This document shows positions 1 to 10,900 of a stretch of DNA of 64,000 nt, one piece after another. Under the pieces are notes generated by a model. That model was not told the DNA's origin. It saw only the letters and a list, made by a program, of their open reading frames with translations, and did no database searches. The stretch covers positions 37,448,001-37,512,000 of the forward strand of contig NC_087252.1 of NCBI RefSeq assembly GCF_037042905.1, written 5' to 3'. Origin of the DNA: Lytechinus pictus. Its lineage: Eukaryota. The position numbers were made by a program, and so were the translations under genes. Position 1 is the stretch's first letter. The number at the start of each line of letters is the position of its first letter.

Positions 1-372
1 ATTGAAAAGATCATCTTGGACATCTCACCCATGCGTACAATGCCACTAAACATGATCTAGTCATAAATAAATAAATTTCCTTTCCTTTCAATTTTTAAAA
101 CATTTTTTTGTTCAGATGGTACCGTAAGATATTTCAAGAGTTTGGGAATCCACTGGTGAGGGGATGCTGTAAAGCCTGAGGGAGTATATCACTCAATACG
201 AAGTGAATTCAGACTCTGAGTGCATGGCAATGGACTCTTGTCACAAGAGACAAGAGTGCTTTATGGCAATCGGCGGGCCACTGATGAAGAAGGTCCACGA
301 AGACATGAAGCATGCATCAGAGCTTGTCTATATGGATGCCTCGATCTTCAAATGGGGATAGGCACGGGTGAA

Positions 373-780
373 GGGTACATTGCCAATTCGTCTACTCACC
401 ACATGGTCTACTTTCATTTAGTCTAATGCCATTCCGTCCATCAACATTTCGTCTAACAACCATTTAGTCCATTTACCATTTGGTCCAATCATCACTTCGT
501 CTAATCACCATTTCGTCTATGACCACTTTGTCTCATAACCAGTTGGTCTAATATCCATTTAATTTCCATTCATTTTGCACAATTTAACACTTAGTCCAGT
601 TAGACCAATGGTATATATGGACTAAATGGCTATTGGACTAAATGGTTATTAGACGAAATGGTGAGTAGACCAATTGGCAATTAGACCATGTCGATAGTGG
701 ACAAACTGATGGTAGACCGAATGATAGTGGAAGAGTTGGCAATTGGACGAATTGGCATCAGGCGAATTGGAAATAAACCC
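373..780. mobile_element. Palindromic MITE built of ~15-bp subrepeats
   Basis: Imperfect TIRs gggtacattgccaattcg / cgaattggaaataaaccc. The left half repeats CCATTT(C/A)GTCTAA-like units and the right half their reverse complement. It splits the MULE-like frame. Confidence 0.75.
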
Positions 781-872
781 AGGTGTAGTGTCGTTTTTTG
801 AGTACTCATCCATAATGGGAGCCGTTAGGTGTGGGCATCACTACCCACAGAAGAGAGGCTGCGATAGAAGCA

Positions 873-2545
873 CATACCTGCCAACCTTTGATAATAAAAA
901 ATCAGTATCAATACTACGAGGGCACCGAGTGGGTGTCCGGCCCGTTTTAACGGTATGCCTAGGGGCTCTTTGCATTTTCAGCATGTACTTGAGTAGTGCA
1001 TTTCCCTACACTTTTTAAAGCAAATATACCCTCATAATCTACCTTTATGTAATTTAATATCATTTGTCAATTAAAAGAAGGTCTTTAAATATCACTTTTG
1101 TGACAAAAAACACCCAGTTTCATGCAGGTGTGATTTGTTTTCATTTAAATATATGAATTTTTCTTGTTCACCAGAGCTCTCAAAAACTTTAATTTTGAAT
1201 ATATTTTTGAGAGCCCTCTTTTGGTGGAAAGTGAGATTGATGCAGATCTTCATCTCCACAGATTCTCTTTTTAATTAGAAAAAAATAATTTCAATAATTC
1301 AATTGAGTTATGGGCCAAGGCATAGGCCTATTTTTATGATGAATTTAGATCTAAGTTGGGCCTAACTTACTGTATGAAAAACTGACGTGCCAGCCTATAT
1401 CAAGAGAAAATAAGCCAAACATTGACAATCATATTCATGTTATTTCACCGCACAGGGGTTACTGACTGAGGACAAAACCTAAATTGGATAAGTGCTTGTT
1501 GGTATAAGAGAGCAGATTTTCAGCCATGACAAAAACGGAGCCGAAACTAAACGGCTGCATGCGCCCGACACGCACTGCGCACTTGCGGTGCGCCGGTGAG
1601 CTAAGACGGAGAGGCTGAGGCGCAGCAACTCGGCGGGCGCCGAGAGCTTAGGCAAGCGAAGCAAGTAGATTTGGTGTTCGACTCTGAAGGCTCAACTTGA
1701 GATCAAAATTTGATAATCTCCTTTCTTCCTCAAAAATTTGACAACTGTTCAAAAAATAAAGTACAGATCATGGGATAGATCTAACTTAGAGTAGCGTCGG
1801 TGCGCGGCTGGCCGGGCGGCGCGGGGGTATGGTGTGCAGCCGTTCGGCAGCTGCAGCATGCAGCGCAGAAGCTCAGCAATATACCACTGAAATCACCAAA
1901 CACACTAGACATACACTGCACATTTACTAACTCACTCCCACACTACAAAATCTTCCGGCGACATGGGCAAAACCTCAAATAAAAGGTGAAATTTTCTTAC
2001 CTAAATCACCATATTTCGAGTAAAAAATATCACCACCGGTAATTTTTAACATCGTAGTTAGGAAACAAGGGGTCTAAAAAAGTGTATTTTTCACGGTTTT
2101 TCCGATGTTCGTGGATTATGAAAACATGTCCTCACTAAAAACTGGCACTTTCGCGAGCAGATGTCAGCCGCCATTTTTTTCCGGAAGTCAACGCTCTAAG
2201 TGCGGCCGTAGCGTGTACGCTCGTTATTTTCACATGCATTTGCAATGGAACTGCGCACTTAGCAGTGTTTGCGCGCCGTTTAACGTCGCTCTCTGTGCAA
2301 AACTAGCGCATTTGCGTAGCCGTGCGCTCCAGTCGTTTATGCGTTAGTCGCATCTTGATATGTTGTTGTTGTTTTAGCTTATACGGCGCGTGCATGCGTT
2401 AGTCGCATCATACAGCCGTTTCAATAATTTCAACACTATATTGATTAACCCAAAAATCGGAATTTTGGTTTTAAAATTCGGAATTCGGAATGGAGGTATA
2501 AAAATCGGTATAATTCCGCCAAAATCGGAATGGTTGGCAGGTATG
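873..2545. mobile_element. Non-autonomous TIR DNA transposon (hAT-like termini) with 6-bp TSD
   Basis: Perfect TIR CATACCTGCCAAC / GTTGGCAGGTATG. GAAGCA is duplicated at 867-872 and 2546-2551. Subterminal AATCGG/ATTCGG repeats. Removing it restores the MULE-like frame. Confidence 0.85.
1540..2400 (-). promoter_or_regulatory. CpG-rich promoter-like segment inside the TIR element
   Basis: Local CpG/GC enrichment. GCCGCCATTTT (YY1-like, ~2167-2177) lies next to CCGGAAGT (ETS-like, 2181-2188). Minus-strand donor-like GGTAAG at ~1996-2001. Confidence 0.35.
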
Positions 2546-2677
2546 GAAGCAGCCCTCAAGCTCTATTGCTCAAGCTCGTCTGTTCTTTTCTACCACAGAG
2601 TTGCTTTGGGGGTAGAGGGAGACAAGGTCCAAACCTGTTCATGAAAAGTGACAATGGCCCCTACTTGTACTTCTTAA

Positions 2678-3404
2678 AGGGTTACTAAATTAGAAAAATT
2701 AGTATTCATTATTCATTAGAATTGGTCTTCATCAGACAGAAAAACCAAGATACAAATTACGATTTCTTTTAACTATAATATAATCATTTCAAAAGTTCGT
2801 TGTTTTTTCTGAATTCCACCTTAATAAACCCCGCCCCTAAAAAGTCACTTCAAAGCGAGATCATGAACACGTCATCTGTGACATATGAGAAGTAAGGAGA
2901 AAGTTGCTCAGAATTACAGCAAAGTTGGAGCAGCAGCGCGTTCCGCATCGTACGGCCACGCCTAGCCCATTGCCCCGCCCGCTCCCGGCTCTGGGCGTGT
3001 TTCGCTCCGCATCACCACACTTCAAATGCTCGCTGCCTTTTGTGATCGTTCCCTCGTGCGCTTGACTCACTACAATTGATTTTGGAATCCGAAATAATAA
3101 TAATGCCGAATCGGTGTATAGTTGCTGGTTGCGGCAACACTCCCAAGGATGAGGTGAGCTTACATCGTTTTCCACTGGATGAGAATCTACGGAAATTGTG
3201 GATTTCAAAGTAAGATTCACGCAGGCAGACTGGCATGGCCCTAGTGATTGGAGCACCATCTGCAGCGACCGCTTTTCCGAAGAGGATTTTGAGGATGCTG
3301 GTTTATATTCATTTGGAATGAAAGTCAGGAGCAAGCTCAAAGACTCGGCGGTTCCAACAATCAGGCTTGGAGTAAAGCCTTCTAAGAAGGAAGATGTGCC
3401 AACT
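2678..3404 (+). pseudogene. 5' end of a Kolobok-like DNA transposon with frameshifted THAP-domain exon (ATG 3103)
   Basis: TTAA followed by AGGG terminus at 2674-2681. Translation: MPNRCIVAGCGNTPKDEVSLHRFPLDENLRKLWI (frameshift ~3200) KVRFTQADWHGPSDWSTICSDRF...LKDSAVPTI. This is a C2CH THAP with AVPT box and His replaced by Arg. Donor-like gtgagc at 3405. The second terminus was not found. Confidence 0.7.
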
Positions 3405-3552
3405 GTGAGCTATCACAATATAAATAAGCCCCTTTTTATCAAAGTGATTAGGAAGGAACCAGAAAGCATTCAATATTTCTTGCAAATAATGGATAAAATA
3501 AACGCAATAATTCTTATTTTCAAGAATATAGAACGTCTTTCGACCTTTTATT

Positions 3553-3915
3553 TGGAAGGGGGTAGGATTGCACGTGTGATTTGCCATTTGCTGTGTGTGG
3601 TGCGGGGGAGTGGTGGTGCCGTGTGCGAGCGAGTGTGCTCATAACTGCAAATCTTGATCTTGATCTATCGTTGCAATTTGCAAGACGGAAAACTACGAAA
3701 GGTAATTTATATTGGACTTTTGACGTTAAAATAGGAGTGTTTGTCATATATTTGTGATTTGCGAACATGTGGTTCGAGATTGGAAAATTCCGTTCCGGGT
3801 TTCCCATAGTGCCTTTGCACTATGCAAATTTTGACAATAAAGCTATTTGCTTTTTGATCAATTTTTTTAACTCAACTGTATCTATTTTTTTGATTTAATC
3901 CATATACATTGTACC
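3553..3915 (+). repeat. Candidate polypurine tract plus LTR-like segment upstream of gag
   Basis: GGAAGGGGGTAGGA is followed by TG(cacg) at ~3569. AATAAA at ~3836. A Staf/ZNF143-like TTCCCATAGTGCCTTTGC lies at ~3801. No second LTR copy was seen. Confidence 0.3.
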
Positions 3916-4472
3916 TTGAACTTATTTTTCCCTTTCCAATATTTGGGAATAAGAATTAGTGTTCTGTTCTCTCGTCAATTATTTTTCCCACGATGGAAAG
4001 AATGAAAGTGAACGTATATACAGAGGAGGAGTTATGTACTGTCCCTGGGGTGGGTGGCGTTTGTCTGTAGGGCATCTTATGGATATTCCCGCATTGAAGA
4101 ATCTGGACCTACATCAGGTATTTGATTTTACATCTGCGGAACGTTTGGCTAGGCTCCAAATTCAGTCCCCTATTCCATTTACCGCAGATTATTTTTCTCC
4201 TGTTACCCGTTTGGTACCTGAGTGTATGAGCCCTGAAATGCCTTTGGGTGGGGGATATTCTTAGGTAGACAATCTATGGGAAGTACTAGGCAGTATCCCA
4301 CATCCCAGGTTCGAAGTGATGCAAACCGATCTAGGGTGTACAGTGTAGGACCTAATGCTAGGAATGCCCAAACTGGGAATGCCTAAGCTGGGACTCAGGG
4401 AGGGACTAGCCGGATAGGAAATGTTGGTAGGGCAAGTGGGAGTAACTCTCATAGACCCAGTTATACCACACC

Positions 4473-5547
4473 TTGGAACACGGTGGAAGGGGGGAGACAT
4501 CATCTTCTATTGTCCCCAAGAGTATCAGTTATGATTGGAAGGGGAGTTGGATGGCATTCATTCAAAAATTCAACAAATTTGCGGATAATGCACAGTGGAC
4601 CACTGCTCAACGTCAAAATAACCTTTGTTGGTGTCTACAAGGCCGTGCTAGTGAGGCTTTTGCTGCAATAACGCAGCGCGATCCTGGGATAGATTATTTT
4701 GATCTCTTGGGAAAGTTAGATTAGAGGTTTGGTGCGCGGGAGCTCTCCGAAACTGAACAAATTGTATTTCAGTATGCACAACAAAAGTCGGATGAAGATA
4801 TTTTTGAATGGGCGGACCGTATATCCCATCTGGCCATAAGGGGTTTTCCGGAATTGCCCGATAATTTTATTGAGCAACAATGTATAATGCGCTTTTGCCA
4901 AGGGTGTAAAGATAATGATGCCGGGCAGTGGGCGTTTAACATGAAGCCAAGTTCTCTAGAAGAGGCGGTAGGAATCGTCCCAGTTAGTACATGGGAAAAC
5001 CAGTGAACAGAAACCTGCTGGTTGGCAGACCTTCGAAGAAAAGGTTTGGGGGGAGGTGTCCATTTCGAAAGTGGGTAGGGAGGAATCCAAATCCTATACT
5101 CCGACTCGTAAGTGGCCTTCGTCATCTGCGCAGGTGTCTCGAACACAATCAACTCAAGTGTCGAGAACACAATCAACCCCTAAATATCAGTCCCAGGGGA
5201 GCAAAACCAAGGAAGAACTCCAAGAAAACCGTCTGGGTTCGCTTGAACATAAAATAGACAGAATGGAGGGACACATGTCAGAGATGCGGACATCAATAAA
5301 CAAATTGACCCAGGTCGTAAGCGCCTTGTCCGCACTTGTGGAAACATCCGCTACTAAATCACCAGCCCGTACCCCCCTTAGATCTGATAAATGCTTCAGG
5401 TGCAACCAAAGTGGGCATTTTCAATCTGACTGTCCATTAAAGTCCCCTAAGAGTGTTTCCTTTGCGTCCTGTGACCCAAACTTAGAGGGGTTGGAAGCTT
5501 TGGCCGAACTCCAGCCCGACCAGAGGGAGGCCGGGAGTCCACAGTAG
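4473..5547 (+). pseudogene. Ty3/Gypsy-like gag (capsid-like domain + CCHC zinc knuckle), disrupted
   Basis: SYDWKGSWMAFIQKFNKFA...LCWCLQGRASE, in-frame stop at 4722-4724, continuing RFGARE...EWADRISHLAIRGFP...RFCQG. Then a coiled-coil and CFRCNQSGHFQSDC (CX2CX4HX4C). Confidence 0.85.
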
Positions 5548-5708
5548 ATTCAAAATCTAGCGTAGGTGGACCACAATCACCCCATGTACCAAATTCTCCC
5601 GAACCTGATTGTTCGTCACTTGGCATCAAGGGCATAGATCCATCGAATAAAACCGAGGACCCCAGACCCAATTCTGCCCGAGGACTAGCCTCAACTGTAG
5701 GGGGTAAT

Positions 5709-6210
5709 TTGGAATGTAAAGTAGAGGAATTGGAGTATGGAGGTGACAATCCAGAACCTATTGATAACACTGCTAATAATTCTAATGATATTTTGGAACC
5801 TGATACTTTGGAACCTGAACACCTGACAGAAGACTTGGGTAGAGATGAAATGGTGATTTGTCAACTCAGTTCAACCTCCACTTTTTCTATTCCCATTCAA
5901 GTCCATGGGAAATCTATCTATGCTATTGTTGACACTGCGGCAGAAGTTACTATTGTTTCTGATAGGGTAGTGGCAAAATTTCAAAATCCTCCGCCTGTTA
6001 TCAAATCTATAACATTTAATACCGCGGGTAGGGATATGGAAATGGCCGGGAAGGTGGTACATGTAGGTCCAGTGGAAATCCGTATAGGGCCCCACACCTT
6101 CAATGATATGATTTTTGTTGCCCCTATTATTGATGATATGTTATTGGGTATGGACCTTAAGGGTAAGTATGGGTTTCTGATCGATATCCCTGCCGCAGAG
6201 TTAGTTCTGA
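5709..6210 (+). pseudogene. Retropepsin-type aspartic protease of the Gypsy-like element
   Basis: AIVDTAAEVTIVS active-site motif and downstream MLLGMD motif. Similarity ends near 6205. Confidence 0.85.
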
Positions 6211-6395
6211 GAGAAGTCAGATTCCAATTGCGCGATCACAATCAGCGCCAATTGCTGTTCCATCTGTGGTACATAGTTCTGAGAGAAGTCAGATCCCAAT
6301 TGCGCAATCACAATCAGCGCCAATTGCGGTTTCCTCTGAGGTTCATGGACATCGAACCACAATCGCGCAATCAAATCCTGCGCCAATTGCAATGA
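6204..6395 (+). repeat. Three degenerate 60-72-bp tandem units at the protease/TatD junction
   Basis: gttctgagagaagtcagat(t/c)ccaattgcgc(g/a)atcacaatcagcgccaattgc at ~6204 and ~6276, with a third diverged unit. Encodes SERSQIPIAQSQSAPIA in the TatD frame. Confidence 0.75.
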
Positions 6396-7293
6396 CCATT
6401 CCTGCTAGTGCGGGTGTGGCGACCTCTATCCCACCAGCAATGCCTGCGCCAATTGCTACGACTTGTCCTGATGAGCCAGGTTTATCTGTTCTTACAGCTT
6501 TTGACGCACATTATCACCCTGACCGTTTGAGTGCGCATCTCGGGCATGTTACGCAAAAACAGCTAGTACCGCCCCGTGTTCCGGTCAGAGTTATAGGAGG
6601 CGTCATGAATTTTTGTGACCCAGGGACTTACAGTCAAATGCCGTGTTTAGTTGGGCATCCATAGCATCTTGCTATTGGAATTCATCCTTCACGCGCAGGT
6701 ACATACACTGCGGACGATTTCACATACCTCGAGCAGACTTTGTCATCTCGTCGGGTCTCAGGTATTTAATAGCGAAGTGGGTTTGGATTACAATCTTGAT
6801 TCAAATACATGGGATTCCAAGATGCGTCTTCTAAATCGCATTTTAGAACTGGGCACTTTGGGTTATGTTCTCATCATGCACATCCGGGGACCGAATAGAA
6901 ATCCGGACCTTACTCGTTTGGTATACCGCAAGGTATTCAAGCAGGTAAGGTTGTACTGTTCCGCTTATCAGCGGATACACTTTTCGGGCGATCTAGAGAC
7001 TCTGAACGAATGGGTCTCTAATTTCCCAAAATGCTATGTAAGTTTCTCTGGGCTGCTGCGTGTATTCACGTCGGATCAGCTTAGCGCACTGCCCGTCAGA
7101 ACGACTGCTGATCGAGACAGACTCACCATATCTGCCCCTCGGGACTGATGTGGGAGTGAATACACCCAACTATATTGGGGATATAGCGGCTGCAGTCGCT
7201 GAGATAAGAAATGTTCCTCTCGAGGAAATTCTGCAGAGGACCAGCAGAAATGGTAGGATGTTGTACCTAGGCGTACATGAAAACAACGCCTAG
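6266..7293 (+). pseudogene. TatD-family (amidohydrolase-fold) DNase-like ORF, intronless, frameshifted
   Basis: Ordered motifs across three ORFs: FDAHYHPD, LGIH, SEVGLDY, IMHIRG, IHFSGD, YVSFSG, ERLLIETDSPYL...NTPNYIGDIAAAVAEIRNVPLEEILQRTSRNGRMLY. Frameshifts near 6650 and 7095. Confidence 0.85.
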
Positions 7294-7901
7294 ATACATG
7301 GAAGTAATTTTGTATATACCTTTTTGTCTTTGGTTTGTTTTCCTTTTACAAGAGGGATCAGAGCTTGATCTAAATACATTTAAATTTGCAATAGGAAGTG
7401 CAGAAAGTTGACGGGTAAACTATTGTAACAAATACAGAAAAGACAAAATTATATCAACTAACTCCCTGTTTGTACTTGTTTTTAAAATATACATGAGTAC
7501 GAAGATGAGTTGCGATGTCAACATGTCAACTTCATAGCAACCGTATCTTTATCCCTTGGTTTCTTGAATAATTTGTCATACCGGAAGATTTGATGGGGTT
7601 CTTTTGGGAGGAACTTTCTTTTGATGTGGTGTTTAATTTTGATTCAAATTTATCAACAAAGCAGGAGTATATTTTTCTGCAAAATTGCTTTCACATTCTA
7701 TGTGTGTGTGTTGCATTGTCTGATGCTTTGTAGAAGTACATGTATTGTCAACGCAGCTGGATGATTTATTCCTGAAATGCGATAGTTGGACAGCTGTCAT
7801 ACATATCAGTCAGACTATATAAATAGCTACCATAATTACCTAATATGTTATGTATTTTTCCCCTTTTTTTTCCAAGACAATTTTCAGCAGCAGGTTCTGC
7901 A

Positions 7902-10900
7902 GAAAATGCAGAAACTTGAAGAGGTGCAGGCCCAGATAGTTGATAGGCTGGCAAACTTGGCCAAATCATCACCAACTTCTTGGGTAGGTCCCGCCGACCT
8001 GCAGGAGCCCTTATCGGAACCTATAAAGTCAATTCAGGAATTCGACATGCTCGAAACGAAACTTGCCGAGTCAGATTTTGAGAAGAGAATGGTAAGTTTG
8101 AAAAAATTTGCATACTAATTTGGCATTATTTAATGATCCATTAAAATGATTGTTTTTCCTTTTTATACAGAGCTCTTTGATTATCTAAACCTTGAATATC
8201 CTGAGTTTCTGATTTATGCCTTGATTGCTTTATAGCCATGTTTTAAAAAAAACAGTGAAATGCTGTAAATTTTGCAAATGATAACTGCATCAGGGTGACA
8301 CGTACAGAGAATCTGCAGCATTGTAACTGATAATGGTACTTTAATTTCAGATCAACTACCTGAGTCTAGTCGGCGGGGTCAATATTGCCCAAACAAGTCG
8401 GCGTATCATGAAAAAGCTGGGGTCAAATAATCTTTGGTCGGATTTCAACGTGTTTGGTCGGAAGGGAAAGCGCGGTCTGAAGTCGACCAGATTTTATCCA
8501 GTCATTGTCAGTAAGTGATCAGTTATTATGATAAGCCAATTTCCATTTCACTTTTATACGTTTCTGAATTCACCTGATGAGTTAAAATGATTGGTGATCA
8601 ATTGGAAAATGATGGCCTCTAGCAACCTAACTGCATTACACATTTATTCAACCTGTATGTTATTGTTATCAAAAACTAGAATTTAAGGACGTTCCACAGT
8701 TAAAGTGAAATCCATGTCATATTCTACAAACTTTGCACATAGATACTTTAGAACCTTAATATTCGAAATATGCAAAGATTAACATAGGTCCATGTGCTTG
8801 ATTTTTTGCTATAGAGCTTCAAAGTTCACCGAAATTGATGTTCTTAAGAATTGCGCATTCAAAAGAATTTAGCATTTTTAGACCGCCCAAGATTACTACA
8901 ATGAGTTTAAACCTGTATTACTCAGTCAAAATACATGAAAAAGTCATCAAATTTCGCAAGAGAGTTAATAATTGTATCGTTAGAATGTAGAAACTATTAA
9001 TAGTGCTATTTGTTTGCAATTTGAAGTTTAACAGCACTGTCATTCTTAAAAAAGGCGTAAACGATAACAAAATCCCAATCTAAAAAAATGTAACATTTCA
9101 GTAACAAACTACAAACGTACAATAAATGCTGCACTTTATTCAAAATCCATGTCATTTTCACCAAAATTTGCAGAGTTGTAGAGGAAGGTATACCTAAGAG
9201 GTACAAACATTAAAAAATAAGGGTTCATGTGCTTGTTTTAAAACTATTAGCATTTTTATTAGAGCAAATGTGCTTTTTAAAACACCAAAAATGCGCCGAA
9301 TGCTTTGTATCTATGTGAAGAAAAAATCAAAACCACTCTACCATTTATTCAAACTCGGGGTAATATTCGTGATTCTTGGTAGCACTGCAGAGTAAAGTAT
9401 TTCAAAATTGTAGAGAATTTTTTTTTTAATGGTCCATGGAATAATTCCATTTTTTAGCTTCATGAAATAACGCATCGGATCTGCAGTTAAAGTGCAGAAG
9501 ATGAAAAAAATCAGCTCATACCCGCAGCTAATTAATCACCTGTTCATCCATTGTGACGTCAGCGCGCAGTGTGTAAACTATGCGCAGATCATAATGCGCA
9601 CAAACATAACTGTGGAACGTCCTTAAGCATATTCTTTTGATAAAATATCCCCTTCTTTTAGTCTCTTTGAAAAGTACGATACACAACTATGTATTATAGA
9701 CAGCAGTGCTAAACACCATGTACTATGTCAATTTGATCCTCTATCACCATCATTCAGTCGCCATGTTGTTAATATATGTCTTGTGCTTCTTGTAGAATTC
9801 CTCAAACTGAGAAGAACAACAATTTTGAAAAATAGTTTATGCTACTAACTCAGTGTTGAATAATGTATGAAATATGAGACATGTCAATACCTTTGATATG
9901 TATACATGCACACGCACAAAAAATGCAGAAACTTGAAGAGGTGCAGGCCCAGATAGTTGATAGGCTGGCAAACTTGGCCAAATCATCACCAACTTCTTGG
10001 GTAGGTCCTGCCGACCTGCAGGAGCCCTTATCGGAACCTATAAAGTCAATTCAGGAATTCGACATGCTCGAAACGAAACTTGCCGAGTCAGATTTTAAGA
10101 AGAGAATGGTAAGTTTGAAAATATCTGCATACTAATTTGGCATTATTTAATCATCCATTAAAATGATTGTTTTTCCTTTTTATACAGAGCACTTTGATTA
10201 TCTAAACCTTGAATATCCTGAGTGTCTGATTTATGCCTTGATTGCTTTATAGCCATGTTTAAAAAAAAAGAGTGAAATGCTGTAAATTTTGCAAATGATA
10301 ACTGCATCAGGGTGACACGTACGGTGAGGTTTTAGCAAGAGAATCATTCATAGTACTGTATAGAAATGAGATGGTTTAATCCTAGTTGTGTGAGAATATG
10401 CAGCATTGTAACTGATAATGGTACTTTAATTTCAGATCAACTACCTGAGTCTAGTCGGCGGGGTCAATATGGCCCAAACAAGACGGCGTATCATGAAAAA
10501 GCGGGGGTCAAATAATCTTTGGTCGGAAGGGAAAGCGCGGTCTGAATTCGACCAGATTTCATCCAGTCATTGTCAGTAAGTGATCAGTTATTATGATAAG
10601 CCAATTTCAATTTCACTTTTATACGTTTCTGAATTCACCTGATGAGTTAAAATGATTGGTGATCAATTGGAAAATGATGGCCTCTAGCAAAATAAGTGCA
10701 TTACACATTTATTCAACCTGTATGTTATTGTTATCAAAAACTAGAATTTAAGCATATTCTTTTGATAAAATATCCCCTTCTTTTAGTCTCTTTGAAAAGT
10801 ACGATACACAACTATGTATTATAGACAGCAGTGCTAAACACCATGTACTATGTCAATTTGATCCTCTATCACCATCATTCAGTCGCCATGTTGTTAATAT

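Larger units (their letters stand above)
116..2661 (+). pseudogene. Degraded MULE/Mutator-like transposase exon, interrupted by insertions at 373-780 and 873-2545
   Basis: After an acceptor (ttcag at 111-115), manual translation gives PLMKKVHEDMKHASELVYMDAS...DRHG, then PLGVGITT...AIEAALKLY (joined across the 873-2545 insert), then LPQSCFGGRGRQGPNLFMKSD. These resemble the D-A-S, PLG.ITT and GP..FMTD motifs of invertebrate MULE-like transposases. Stops and frameshifts are present. Confidence 0.6.

Noticed and set aside
6266-7293. Bacterial contamination or the functional host TatD gene
   Set aside because: It is contiguous with eukaryotic retroelement sequence, frameshifted and has no operon context. 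No gene symbol was assigned.
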